Assembly: GCA_030583685.1 (NCBI GenBank)
Contig: CP129470.1
Span: forward strand, 20,345-84,344
From: Candidatus Dojkabacteria bacterium
GTDB lineage: Bacteria; Patescibacteriota; Dojkabacteria; GCA-002793355
DNA length: 64,000 bases
Reading direction: 5' to 3'
Shown: piece after piece, positions 20,716-29,434 of the stretch
How positions within the stretch are numbered: position 1 is the stretch's first letter
How the letters are laid out: the number at the start of each line of letters is the position of its first letter
The notes under the pieces: generated by a model
Seen by the model: the letters and a program-made list of their open reading frames with translations, nothing else
What the model was told of the DNA's origin: nothing
Databases searched by the model: none
Position numbers and translations under genes: made by a program

Positions 20716-23697
20716 ATGAACGATCAAAACAATACATTAAATAAAAAAGAATCAGGGTTTGAAGATATTATTTTTGAATTTTTGACTCAATCACAATCTC
20801 CAAAGTATCGTGCAAGAGTAGATTCTGATTATGATAAAGCTAATTGTATTGATTTTGGTCTGCTTATTGAGTTTTTACAACAAACTCAACCTGAAAAGCT
20901 AGAAAAACTAAAGAATATTCACAAAGAACTGTTTGAACGAAATTTTTCCTATCGATTAAACCAACAGGTAAAACTTAAAGGTGTAATTGAAGTCTTAAGA
21001 AAAGGAATTGAAGATATGGGCGTACAATTTACTCTAATGTATCCTCACCCATCTTCCTCAAAGAATCCAAATTCTCAAGAACAATATGATCAAAACATAA
21101 CATCAATAATTAGGCAGGTACATTTTAGCCAACAATCAAATGAGTCTGTAGATTTAGTTCTTTTTGTTAATGGAATACCTGTATTAACTATTGAACTAAA
21201 GAACCCATTATCAGGACAGACTTATCAAGACGCCATATGGCAGTATAGAAATGATCGCTCACCAAAGGAAGAACTCTTTTCATTTACAAGATGTATGGTG
21301 CATTTTGCAATGGATAGTGAGCAGGTCTTTATGTGTACCAAATTAGATGGTGAAAAATCTGTGTTCTTGCCTTTCAATAAAGGAAATAACGAACAAGCAG
21401 GAAACCCTGATAACCCGAATGGTTATAGAACTTCATATATGTGGGAAGAAATATTCCAAAAGGATTCATTAATCAACATTATTGAAAGTTTTGCAAGTAA
21501 AGTGGTTGAGAAAGACGAGGATACAGGGAAAGAGAAAGTTAAACAAATTTTTCCAAGATATCACCAATTGAATTGTGTGAGAAATCTATTAACAGATGCT
21601 AAACAAAATGGTACTGGAAAAAGGTATTTAATTCAGCACTCAGCAGGTTCAGGAAAAAGTAATTCAATTACATGGTTAGCTCATCAATTGGTAGAGCTTC
21701 ATGATTCTACAAACGAGAACACTATTTTTGACAGCGTTATCGTTGTTACTGACAGAAAAGTCCTTGATCAACAGATTAGAAATAACATTAAACAATTTGC
21801 ACATGTAGATGGAGTTGTTGAGGCGATTACAGAAGGAAGTCAACATCTAAGAACTGCGTTAGAATCAGGTAAAAAAGTAATAATTACAACTGTTCAGAAA
21901 TTTCCTTATATTGTAAATGATATTGGGCAACTTCCTTCAAAGAAATTTGCATTGATTATTGATGAGGCTCATTCTTCTCAATCAGGGGAAACTTCAAGAA
22001 ATATTAGCATGACATTGGCTGATAAATCTTCTTTAGGGTATAACGAAGACCAACCTAAGAAAGATTTTGAAGATGAGCTTAATGAAATGGTAGTAAACAA
22101 AAAACTACTTCCAAATGCGAGTTATTTTGCCTTTACAGCAACTCCAAAAAATAAAACATTAGAACTATTTGGTGTTAAACAAACTGATGGCTCTTATAAA
22201 GCCTACCATGTGTATTCTATGCAACAAGCAATTCAAGAGAAATTTATTCTCGATGTTTTGCTTAACTATACGACATATCACACATATTACAGTTTGATTA
22301 AAAAGGTTGAAACAGATCCTGAATACGACAAAAAGGAAGCAAAAAAGATTATCTACAAATTTTTGCAATCTAACCCCGATACAATCGAAAAGAAAGCAAG
22401 AATTATGTTAGATCATTTCAGAAATAATTCTTTATACAAAATTGGAGGAAACGCTAAAGCTATGGTTGTCGCAGGTAGTCGTAAGAACGCAGTTGAATAT
22501 TATTATGCTTTCAATAAGGTATGTGAAGAATTGAATCTTCCTTTTAAGTCAATTGTAGCCTTTACAGGTGAAATAGATGGTTTAACAGAAGATAAGATTA
22601 ACGGATTTAGCATATCTTTGAGATCCGTTAAGAAGAAATTAGAAAATGAAAATACCTATAAATTCTTGATTGTTGCAGAAAAGTTTCAGACAGGATTCGA
22701 TGAACCCCTACTACACTCTATGTATGTAGATAGAATTCTTGCAGGAGTAACCGCAGTTCAAACCCTATCAAGATTGAATCGTGTTATGCCACCTCAAAAA
22801 ACAGATACTTTTGTACTAGATTTTGTTAATACTCACGAAGATATACAAACAGCATTTGAACCTTACTATAAAACAACTGTACTATCTGAAGGAACAGATC
22901 CCAATAAGCTTTTTGACCTCAAAGATGCGATTAAAGGATTCCAAATATTCACAGATGAGGAAGTTACTTCATATGTTATGAAATGTTTAGAAAAAAGATC
23001 CGTAGTTGAACTACACCCCATTATTGATAAAGCAGTTGAGAGATTTACTATTCTTGATGAAGAACATAAGTATGACTTGAAAGCGAAAGTAAAATCATTC
23101 ATTCGACTTTATGCTTATATTTCTCAAATAGCACCTTTTGAAAGTGTAGAACTAGAAAAGCTTTACATTTATCTTTCAGACCTTAATAAAAAACTTGTAA
23201 TAGATGTTAAAAAAGACCCTATTGACGATCTAATTAATGCGATAGACCTCGATTCAATCAGGGTTCAAAAAGAAACAGATGGTTCTATTGGGTTAAAGGG
23301 TGATGAACAGCTTCAACCAAACCCTTCAATAATGAGAGGGGGAAAGTTAAATGAAGAAAAAGACAGATTATCAAGGATTCTAGAGGAAATGAACGAGAGA
23401 TTCGGAGGAATTGATTTTAGCGATGGAGATAAAGTAAGAAAAACCTTTGGTGAGATTGCAGATGATGTTAGAAATGATCCTACATTTATGAAAGCAACGC
23501 TAAATGCCGATAGGCAAAATTCTTGGATAACATTTGAAAAACTCCTAAATGAAAAGTTCCAAAATATGATCAATGTGAACTTTAGTTTGTATAAAAAATA
23601 TTCTGACGATCCTGAGTTTAAAAAGTTTATGGCTGATAGATTGTTTGAGATGGTTTGGGGGCAGTCTAGCTCACAAGGGAGGGAAAGAAATAGTTAA
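20716..23697 (+). CDS. hsdR: Type I restriction enzyme R subunit (SF2 helicase/translocase plus N-terminal PD-(D/E)xK nuclease)
   Basis: Walker A HSAGSGKSNS, DEAH box LIIDEAHSSQ, helicase motifs III-VI (TATP, QTGFDEP, QTLSRLNR); N-terminal nuclease region with D...ELK pattern. Confidence 0.9.
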   Translation: MNDQNNTLNKKESGFEDIIFEFLTQSQSPKYRARVDSDYDKANCIDFGLLIEFLQQTQPEKLEKLKNIHKELFERNFSYRLNQQVKLKGVIEVLRKGIEDMGVQFTLMYPHPSSSKNPNSQEQYDQNITSIIRQVHFSQQSNESVDLVLFVNGIPVLTIELKNPLSGQTYQDAIWQYRNDRSPKEELFSFTRCMVHFAMDSEQVFMCTKLDGEKSVFLPFNKGNNEQAGNPDNPNGYRTSYMWEEIFQKDSLINIIESFASKVVEKDEDTGKEKVKQIFPRYHQLNCVRNLLTDAKQNGTGKRYLIQHSAGSGKSNSITWLAHQLVELHDSTNENTIFDSVIVVTDRKVLDQQIRNNIKQFAHVDGVVEAITEGSQHLRTALESGKKVIITTVQKFPYIVNDIGQLPSKKFALIIDEAHSSQSGETSRNISMTLADKSSLGYNEDQPKKDFEDELNEMVVNKKLLPNASYFAFTATPKNKTLELFGVKQTDGSYKAYHVYSMQQAIQEKFILDVLLNYTTYHTYYSLIKKVETDPEYDKKEAKKIIYKFLQSNPDTIEKKARIMLDHFRNNSLYKIGGNAKAMVVAGSRKNAVEYYYAFNKVCEELNLPFKSIVAFTGEIDGLTEDKINGFSISLRSVKKKLENENTYKFLIVAEKFQTGFDEPLLHSMYVDRILAGVTAVQTLSRLNRVMPPQKTDTFVLDFVNTHEDIQTAFEPYYKTTVLSEGTDPNKLFDLKDAIKGFQIFTDEEVTSYVMKCLEKRSVVELHPIIDKAVERFTILDEEHKYDLKAKVKSFIRLYAYISQIAPFESVELEKLYIYLSDLNKKLVIDVKKDPIDDLINAIDLDSIRVQKETDGSIGLKGDEQLQPNPSIMRGGKLNEEKDRLSRILEEMNERFGGIDFSDGDKVRKTFGEIADDVRNDPTFMKATLNADRQNSWITFEKLLNEKFQNMINVNFSLYKKYSDDPEFKKFMADRLFEMVWGQSSSQGRERNS

Positions 23698-23708
23698 TTA
23701 TTCTTATT

Positions 23709-26459
23709 ATGACAAAATACACAAGAGGTTCGGAATGGAGAAAGTGGGATTTACATATCCATACTCCATTCACAAAACTTAATGATCAATACAAAGTAAA
23801 TCAAGGGGAAGATGTATGGGATAAATACTGTGAGACAATAAAAAAGTCAGATGTAGAAGTCATCGGAATAACTGATTACTTTTCAATTGATAATTATTTA
23901 CTCTTTCTTGACAAATTTAAGAACAAGTACCCAAATAGTAACAAAAGATTTTTCCCTAACATTGAACTGCGATTAGAAGTTAGTGTCAATTCAACAAATG
24001 AAGAAGTAAATATCCATATAATATTCTCAAATAAGGTCAAGGAAAAAAAGATTAAAGATTTCCTAAGTAAACTTGAAACTAATAGAACAAAAAGCGGAGC
24101 CAATATTTTTTGTTCGGATCTTTCTTCGGAAGAGGATTACAAAAAGGCATGTATTGATTATAAAAAACTGAAGCCTACATTAAAAAAAGTATTTGGTAAT
24201 AATGAGTGCTACTTAATCGTTGCACCTGTAAACAATCAAGGATTACGACCAGATTCAAATTCTCCTCGTAAACTAATTACTTCAGACGAAATTGACAAGA
24301 TATGTGATTGCTTTTTTGGTAACAGTTCAAATGTCGACTACTTCTTAGATACTCAAAGATATGAGGCAGATAGTGATGGAAAGAAAGAGTTTTCCAAATC
24401 ATGTCCTGTTGTAACAGGGTCAGACGCACATTCGTTTGAGGATTTAGAGCTTAAGTTAGGCAAAAACTACCTAAAGAAAGATTCACAAGACAAAATATGT
24501 GATTCCTCAGAAATAACATGGATAAAAGCAAATCCTACATTCAATGGGTTAAAACAGATATTATATGAACCAATTGAAAGAGTAAAAATCCAAGAATTGA
24601 GACCCGATGACAAAGAAGACTACCAATTGATTGATAGTGTAAGCTTCATTGATGATAAGTTTACTAATCAATCCATATTACTTAGTAAAAACTTAACTGC
24701 AATTATTGGTGGTAAATCCACTGGTAAATCAATATTGCTTAGAAATATTGCAAAAACGATTGATCCTGATGAAGTCGCAAAGCGTTTGAATGAAGTTTCA
24801 ATGGAGGATTATGATAAACCGATTAATGACTTTAATGTTCTTTGGAATGATTCTCAAAATTTTTCTAAAGGGACAACTTCACAAACTCACAAGAAAATAA
24901 TCTACATTCCTCAATCTTACTTAAATAGATTAATTGATAAAAAAGAAGATAGATCAGCTATTGATGAAATCATTAAGAATGTATTGAATCAACAAGTGGA
25001 AGTTCAACAAGCTTTTGATGGCCTAAAAAAACGAACTAGAGAGATTGAACAATCAATATCTTCAAAAATTGAGCAGTTGTTTTTTACTATTAAAGACTTA
25101 TCAACTATAAAGGAAAAAATAAAAGAGATAGGAGATAAGAAAGGAATTGATACAGAAATTGAAAAACTGAAGATTGAAATCAATGAATTAAAAAAGGTCT
25201 CGAGCTTGTCCAAAACAGATTTGGAAGACTTTGATAAATACACAACTTCTTTAAAATCATTAAATATCAAAGCTTCTCAGATTGAGTATGATATAGATAG
25301 CTTAACGAAAGCTAAGGAAACAGTTCCTTTTGTATTTCCATTACTCGAGAATGTATCAAGCGACATTGCTGATACTTTAAGGGAAACATTTAATAACATA
25401 AAAGTTGAATTAGAACAAAAATATAATCAGGCTTTAGAAACAGAGTTAGGTAAAGCCAATAAGTCACAAGTTGCTACTAAAAAAGAAATTCTTGATATAT
25501 CTTCTAAAATTTTACCAATTCAGAAAAGGATTTCTGAATCGAAGGCTTTAGATGAAAAGATTAGAAAATTAACAGCAGAAGAAGAGAAATTAAAACTCAT
25601 TTCAGAACAAGAAATTAATTTTGAAAAAGTGAGGAAACTATTTGATAACATTATCGAAGAGTTAGTAAATACTCATCAAGATTATTATTCTGAAATCTTT
25701 AAAGCAAAGAATTTAATATTACAACAAAATATTATTAATGGAGAGCTTGAGTTTGATATAAATATTACATTTAAGAATGATAGCTTCCAAAAGCTATTTA
25801 TTGATGAGGTTTGTAATTTAAGAACTTTGACCCAATTTAACGAAGTTGAATTGAACAGTTATCAATTCAAAGATAGTGTTAAATTTAAGGATGAGGTAAA
25901 AAAGATTGTCTTAGGTTTTCTAAAAAAACATATACAATTAAAAAATAATTATACCCAAGCAGATGCAATAAGAAAGCTATTGCAGAATTGGTACATTTTT
26001 GACTTTAAGATAAAACAAAATGGTGATGATTTATCTACAATGTCGCCCGGGAAAAAGTCGTTTGTATTACTAAAACTATTAATCGAACTTGATAATAGCA
26101 AGTGTCCAATCCTATTAGACCAGCCAGAAGATGATCTAGATAATCGGTCAATATATTTTGATTTGGTTAGATTCATTAAAAGCAAGAAAAAAGAACGACA
26201 AATCATCATTGCTACGCATAATCCGAATTTAGTTGTTGGTGCTGATGCTGAGTGCGTTATTGTCGCAAATCAGGAAGGTATAGAAACTAAAAATCGCACA
26301 TATCAGTTTGAATATGTTCAAGGAAGTTTGGAATTCTCACAAAAAATTAAACCAAACCAACCAATACTATATAGTCGAGGTATTCAAGAACATGTTTGTG
26401 ATATTCTCGAAGGTGGACGAGAAGCTTTTGAGAATAGAAAAAATAAATATCATATTTAA
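23709..26459 (+). CDS. Fusion protein: N-terminal PHP-family phosphoesterase domain plus SMC/ABC-type ATPase (Walker A, long coiled-coil insert, Walker B/D-loop/H-loop). Candidate anti-phage effector
   Basis: PHP motifs WDLHIHT (HxH), IGITDY, NIELRLE, NIHIIF in the first roughly 110 aa; Walker A AIIGGKSTGKS about residue 330; roughly 350 aa of heptad-rich K/E/L sequence; C-terminal ILLDQPEDDLD (Walker B) and IIIATHNPNL (H-loop). Confidence 0.6.
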   Translation: MTKYTRGSEWRKWDLHIHTPFTKLNDQYKVNQGEDVWDKYCETIKKSDVEVIGITDYFSIDNYLLFLDKFKNKYPNSNKRFFPNIELRLEVSVNSTNEEVNIHIIFSNKVKEKKIKDFLSKLETNRTKSGANIFCSDLSSEEDYKKACIDYKKLKPTLKKVFGNNECYLIVAPVNNQGLRPDSNSPRKLITSDEIDKICDCFFGNSSNVDYFLDTQRYEADSDGKKEFSKSCPVVTGSDAHSFEDLELKLGKNYLKKDSQDKICDSSEITWIKANPTFNGLKQILYEPIERVKIQELRPDDKEDYQLIDSVSFIDDKFTNQSILLSKNLTAIIGGKSTGKSILLRNIAKTIDPDEVAKRLNEVSMEDYDKPINDFNVLWNDSQNFSKGTTSQTHKKIIYIPQSYLNRLIDKKEDRSAIDEIIKNVLNQQVEVQQAFDGLKKRTREIEQSISSKIEQLFFTIKDLSTIKEKIKEIGDKKGIDTEIEKLKIEINELKKVSSLSKTDLEDFDKYTTSLKSLNIKASQIEYDIDSLTKAKETVPFVFPLLENVSSDIADTLRETFNNIKVELEQKYNQALETELGKANKSQVATKKEILDISSKILPIQKRISESKALDEKIRKLTAEEEKLKLISEQEINFEKVRKLFDNIIEELVNTHQDYYSEIFKAKNLILQQNIINGELEFDINITFKNDSFQKLFIDEVCNLRTLTQFNEVELNSYQFKDSVKFKDEVKKIVLGFLKKHIQLKNNYTQADAIRKLLQNWYIFDFKIKQNGDDLSTMSPGKKSFVLLKLLIELDNSKCPILLDQPEDDLDNRSIYFDLVRFIKSKKKERQIIIATHNPNLVVGADAECVIVANQEGIETKNRTYQFEYVQGSLEFSQKIKPNQPILYSRGIQEHVCDILEGGREAFENRKNKYHI

Positions 26460-26471
26460 AAAGTCAATCTT

Positions 26472-27650
26472 ATGGTTAAATTCATACCAAAATTTAAAGA
26501 TCGTAGTCTATTAGACACAAACTGTAATGAGTTTATTGTTGACGCAGATGTAACAATTAAGAACAAGAATAGCTTTCAAGAGATAGCTACTCAAATCCCT
26601 AATTATGTTATAAACCCAGTTACTAGTCGATTTCCATATAGCTCAACAAAAACTAGTGAAAAATTGCCATATTTTTTTAGCAAAAATGAATTTGCTAAAA
26701 TTCTTTCGAATTCCTCAGAGAGACTTAAAAAGTTAATAATTCCTTGTGTTAAATTTTTACTAGAAACAAATTCCAAGAATGTAATACCCCCATATTTTTA
26801 TGCAGAAGACATTACATCTCAGACCTTTAATGTTAATCTTGAAAATATTGCAAATGTTATAAAGTTTAAGGAAAAAGAAAATGTTCAATTTAGTATCTAT
26901 CCAGTCATAAATGTTTCTTCAAATATTCTTACTAATGATAATTCTATTAGATATGTCGCCTCTATGTATATGTCTGATGAATATTACGAAAATATCTCTG
27001 GTTACTATATATTGATTGATGAGTTTGATGCAAATAAAGCAGATCCTTCAACATTAATTGGGTATTTAAAATTAATCAAAGCACTTTCCAAAAAGGAAGT
27101 ACACTTATTGAATATTAATTCATTCGGATACATTGGACTTTTAGCTGGTGCAACTAGCTTTTCTAGTGGATTAGCTAGTGGTGAAAGTAGCTCTGTAAAT
27201 AATTGGATTAGTGATGATAATCAAAATGCTCCAAGACAAAGACCTCCAAAGTTTATTTATGTACCCGAAATATTCTCATATATTGACGAAATAGAATTAC
27301 AGAAAGCAAATTACACTTGTAATTGCTCACATTGTAATGGGACTCTCCCAAGTACTACTATTTCAAAGAAAAAACATTTTCTTGCATGTAGACAAAGAGA
27401 TATCAAAAATAACTTCTCAGGCGAGTTTGATTCAGATTTATTAGCCTGGGAAAATGTCTTTTCGGAAGCCTTGTCGTATGCTAACAATTTATTAAGTTTG
27501 AAAAAAACAACACGATCATATAGCACATTAGTAACTCCGATTAATAAATGGAATAGTATCTTACCAGTTCTAAAAGACTTAAAAAGTTTAGAAGAAAATG
27601 AAGATCTATTAGCCCAAATTCTAAATGAAATTGATGAAACTAATGATTAG
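26472..27650 (+). CDS. Hypothetical 392-aa protein with a CxCxxC...H putative zinc site; partner of the PHP-ATPase
   Basis: Starts 12 nt after the upstream stop; motif CNCSHCNG...KKKHFLAC near residue 285; no other recognisable motif. Confidence 0.4.
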   Translation: MVKFIPKFKDRSLLDTNCNEFIVDADVTIKNKNSFQEIATQIPNYVINPVTSRFPYSSTKTSEKLPYFFSKNEFAKILSNSSERLKKLIIPCVKFLLETNSKNVIPPYFYAEDITSQTFNVNLENIANVIKFKEKENVQFSIYPVINVSSNILTNDNSIRYVASMYMSDEYYENISGYYILIDEFDANKADPSTLIGYLKLIKALSKKEVHLLNINSFGYIGLLAGATSFSSGLASGESSSVNNWISDDNQNAPRQRPPKFIYVPEIFSYIDEIELQKANYTCNCSHCNGTLPSTTISKKKHFLACRQRDIKNNFSGEFDSDLLAWENVFSEALSYANNLLSLKKTTRSYSTLVTPINKWNSILPVLKDLKSLEENEDLLAQILNEIDETND

Positions 27651-28083
27651 AATTGTCATTGATACAAATGTTGCATTATCGGGACTTCTTAGCTATACAT
27701 CTCCTGAACGCATGATAATTAATTATGCAATGCAAAAAAGAATTTCATTGATAGGTTCAAGAGAAACGTTTTCAGAATTCAAAGAAAAGGTTCTAGAAAA
27801 CAAACGATTTATCAAAGTAGCTAAGGATTTAATGTTTCCACAAAATCAGATCCTATCCCAATACAAGGCGTTAGTTAAGTTTGTTGAAATTGAGCAATCA
27901 TTAAAAGAATTACATTTTTGTGAACAAGATCCCGACGATGACATGTTTTTGCATGTAGCAATTCAATCTGGCACTAATATTCTAATAACAAACGATAATC
28001 ATCTCAGAAAATTAAAGAAAATCAATGAAATAAGAATAATTACACCAACAAAGTTCTTAGAAGTTATTAGAAAGCACTTTTAA
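27625..28083 (+). CDS. PIN-domain protein (predicted RNase/nuclease). Probable true start at the MIRIV Met around 27643, overlapping the upstream stop
   Basis: IRIVIDTNVALSGLL (Asp1), later acidic residues (E..D..ITNDNHL), length about 145 aa, typical of VapC-like PIN. Confidence 0.65.
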   Translation: MKLMKLMIRIVIDTNVALSGLLSYTSPERMIINYAMQKRISLIGSRETFSEFKEKVLENKRFIKVAKDLMFPQNQILSQYKALVKFVEIEQSLKELHFCEQDPDDDMFLHVAIQSGTNILITNDNHLRKLKKINEIRIITPTKFLEVIRKHF

Positions 28084-28734
28084 CATATCATTCCAAAAAT
28101 ACTCACATACATAGTTTTGTTTTGATGAAATGATTTCATCTTTTTGCTTTAATGGCCTGTGAATAAATTGTATTGTTCCATGTTTTAATGTTATGAGACC
28201 AGTATTTGACTTAATTAATTCATTAATAGGAACTAGATGTATTTTATTTGACGGTAAAGCTAAATATACTCTATTTGCAAAGGTTTTATAGCGAGAAGCT
28301 TGAACTAAGCCTCTTTTCCAATCAGAAAGTTTTGATTCAATAGCGATTATATTGTTAGATAGTGGTGCCCAGCCATTAACCTTTATGTAGAAATGTTTGT
28401 CGATTTCCTTTATGAAATGACCTTTAATTAACTGCTTAATTATACGACTTTTCAAATAGCCTTTTGACAATCCAACATAATTAATTATATCTTCGAATGA
28501 GGATGGTTTCTTACGATTTTCTGTTATTAATTCAAGTACCTTAAAATAATTCTCACTTTCTAATTCGTTAACCTGCATGTAATTTTCTCTTTTCCGAATT
28601 CTCTTGTAATTAATTTTTAATCCAACGATATCTGCGACACCATATCCCGAATCTACTTCTGTCTTAGTAATATACCCAGATAATGATAACTTTTCTGCAA
28701 TTGTTTTTGAAAATTCTAATTCTGTCATATCCAT
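28057..28734 (-). CDS. Hypothetical protein, possible wHTH plus PD-(D/E)xK-like nuclease fold; convergent with the PIN gene
   Basis: N-terminal helical segment, then a D-x(n)-E-S-K pattern (VADIVGL...IAIESKLSDWK). Weak, motif-level only. Confidence 0.3.
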   Translation of the reverse strand: MDMTELEFSKTIAEKLSLSGYITKTEVDSGYGVADIVGLKINYKRIRKRENYMQVNELESENYFKVLELITENRKKPSSFEDIINYVGLSKGYLKSRIIKQLIKGHFIKEIDKHFYIKVNGWAPLSNNIIAIESKLSDWKRGLVQASRYKTFANRVYLALPSNKIHLVPINELIKSNTGLITLKHGTIQFIHRPLKQKDEIISSKQNYVCEYFWNDMLKVLSNNF

Positions 28735-29010
28735 TATTATTTAGTATAGTCTTTTTTTAAAAACATGCAAAGTTTAATTTCTTGGTTTTCTCAGTAGAAG
28801 TAATAGCAAATATAGTGGAGAAAACAAAATCCACCCAATACACCCAAAACTTCCAAACCCACTATTTTTGTAGATTCTCTTTCCTTTTCCTCTTTTATAC
28901 ATCATAATAATTACAAGTTTAAATTAACATCGGAGTAATAAGCAAGGAATTTCCAACGATTTTGTAGCTCGGAAACAAACTGCAATACTTTGGAAAAAAG
29001 TTCGTAACGC

Positions 29011-29026
29011 GTCCCGCCGCCCCGAT
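29011..29026. repeat. Right-end att-like direct repeat of the tRNA-Pro 3' end (GTCCCGCCGCCCCGAT)
   Basis: Exact 16-nt match to 17002-17017; the upstream AGTTCG also echoes the tRNA T-arm. Confidence 0.6.
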
Positions 29027-29045
29027 GTGATTTAGTAACTTCAGT

Positions 29046-29369
29046 ATGTACAAACTAATAACATTTTGTCCCAAAAACGCAGTAGATTCTCTAATACAGG
29101 CTATGGGTGATGCTGGAGCAGGAATAGTCGGTAACTACTCACACTGTGCGTTTGTGACCGAAGGTCAAGGTAACTGGTTTTCAGGTGCAAATACAAACCC
29201 AACAATTGGAAAAGCTGGAACAATGAGTAAAGAACCTGAATGCAGGATAGAAATGCTTTGCAAAAAGGAAAATCTACAATTGGTCATTAAAGCAATTAAT
29301 AAGACACATCCTTACGAAGAACCAGAAATTGACATTATAAAGCTAGAAGATTTGCAAGATATCAAATAG
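29046..29369 (+). CDS. Small CutA/PII-like fold protein (NIF3-insert-domain-like)
   Basis: C-terminal HPYEEPEIDIIKLED resembles the CutA HPYEVPEI motif; 107 aa; glycine-rich GDAGAGIVGNYSHCAF segment. Confidence 0.4.
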   Translation: MYKLITFCPKNAVDSLIQAMGDAGAGIVGNYSHCAFVTEGQGNWFSGANTNPTIGKAGTMSKEPECRIEMLCKKENLQLVIKAINKTHPYEEPEIDIIKLEDLQDIK

Positions 29370-29434
29370 TATCAATAGGCGTTCACTCTGGCCCCCGTGA
29401 TATAATTCGTAAACCGTAACTTAATCATCTCAAT

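Larger units (their letters stand above)
17018..29026. mobile_element. Integrated genomic island (about 12 kb) at the 3' end of tRNA-Pro carrying a type I R-M system and a putative defence module. No recognisable integrase, so probably a remnant or non-autonomous
   Basis: 16-bp exact direct repeat GTCCCGCCGCCCCGAT at 17002-17017 (tRNA-Pro 3' end) and 29011-29026. Island genes are visibly AT-richer than the flanks. Cargo is all defence/regulatory. Confidence 0.55.

Noticed and set aside
26472-27650. Considered the 392-aa island protein as the missing integrase/recombinase
   Set aside because: No R...HxxR...Y tyrosine-recombinase tetrad and no serine-recombinase N-terminal S-R motif. Its position inside a defence operon fits an effector or partner better.
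28735-29045. 310-bp non-coding stretch at the island's right end, inspected for a small RNA or integrase remnant
   Set aside because: No convincing stem-loop family or ORF. It contains only the att-like repeat at 29011-29026, so it was left as intergenic.
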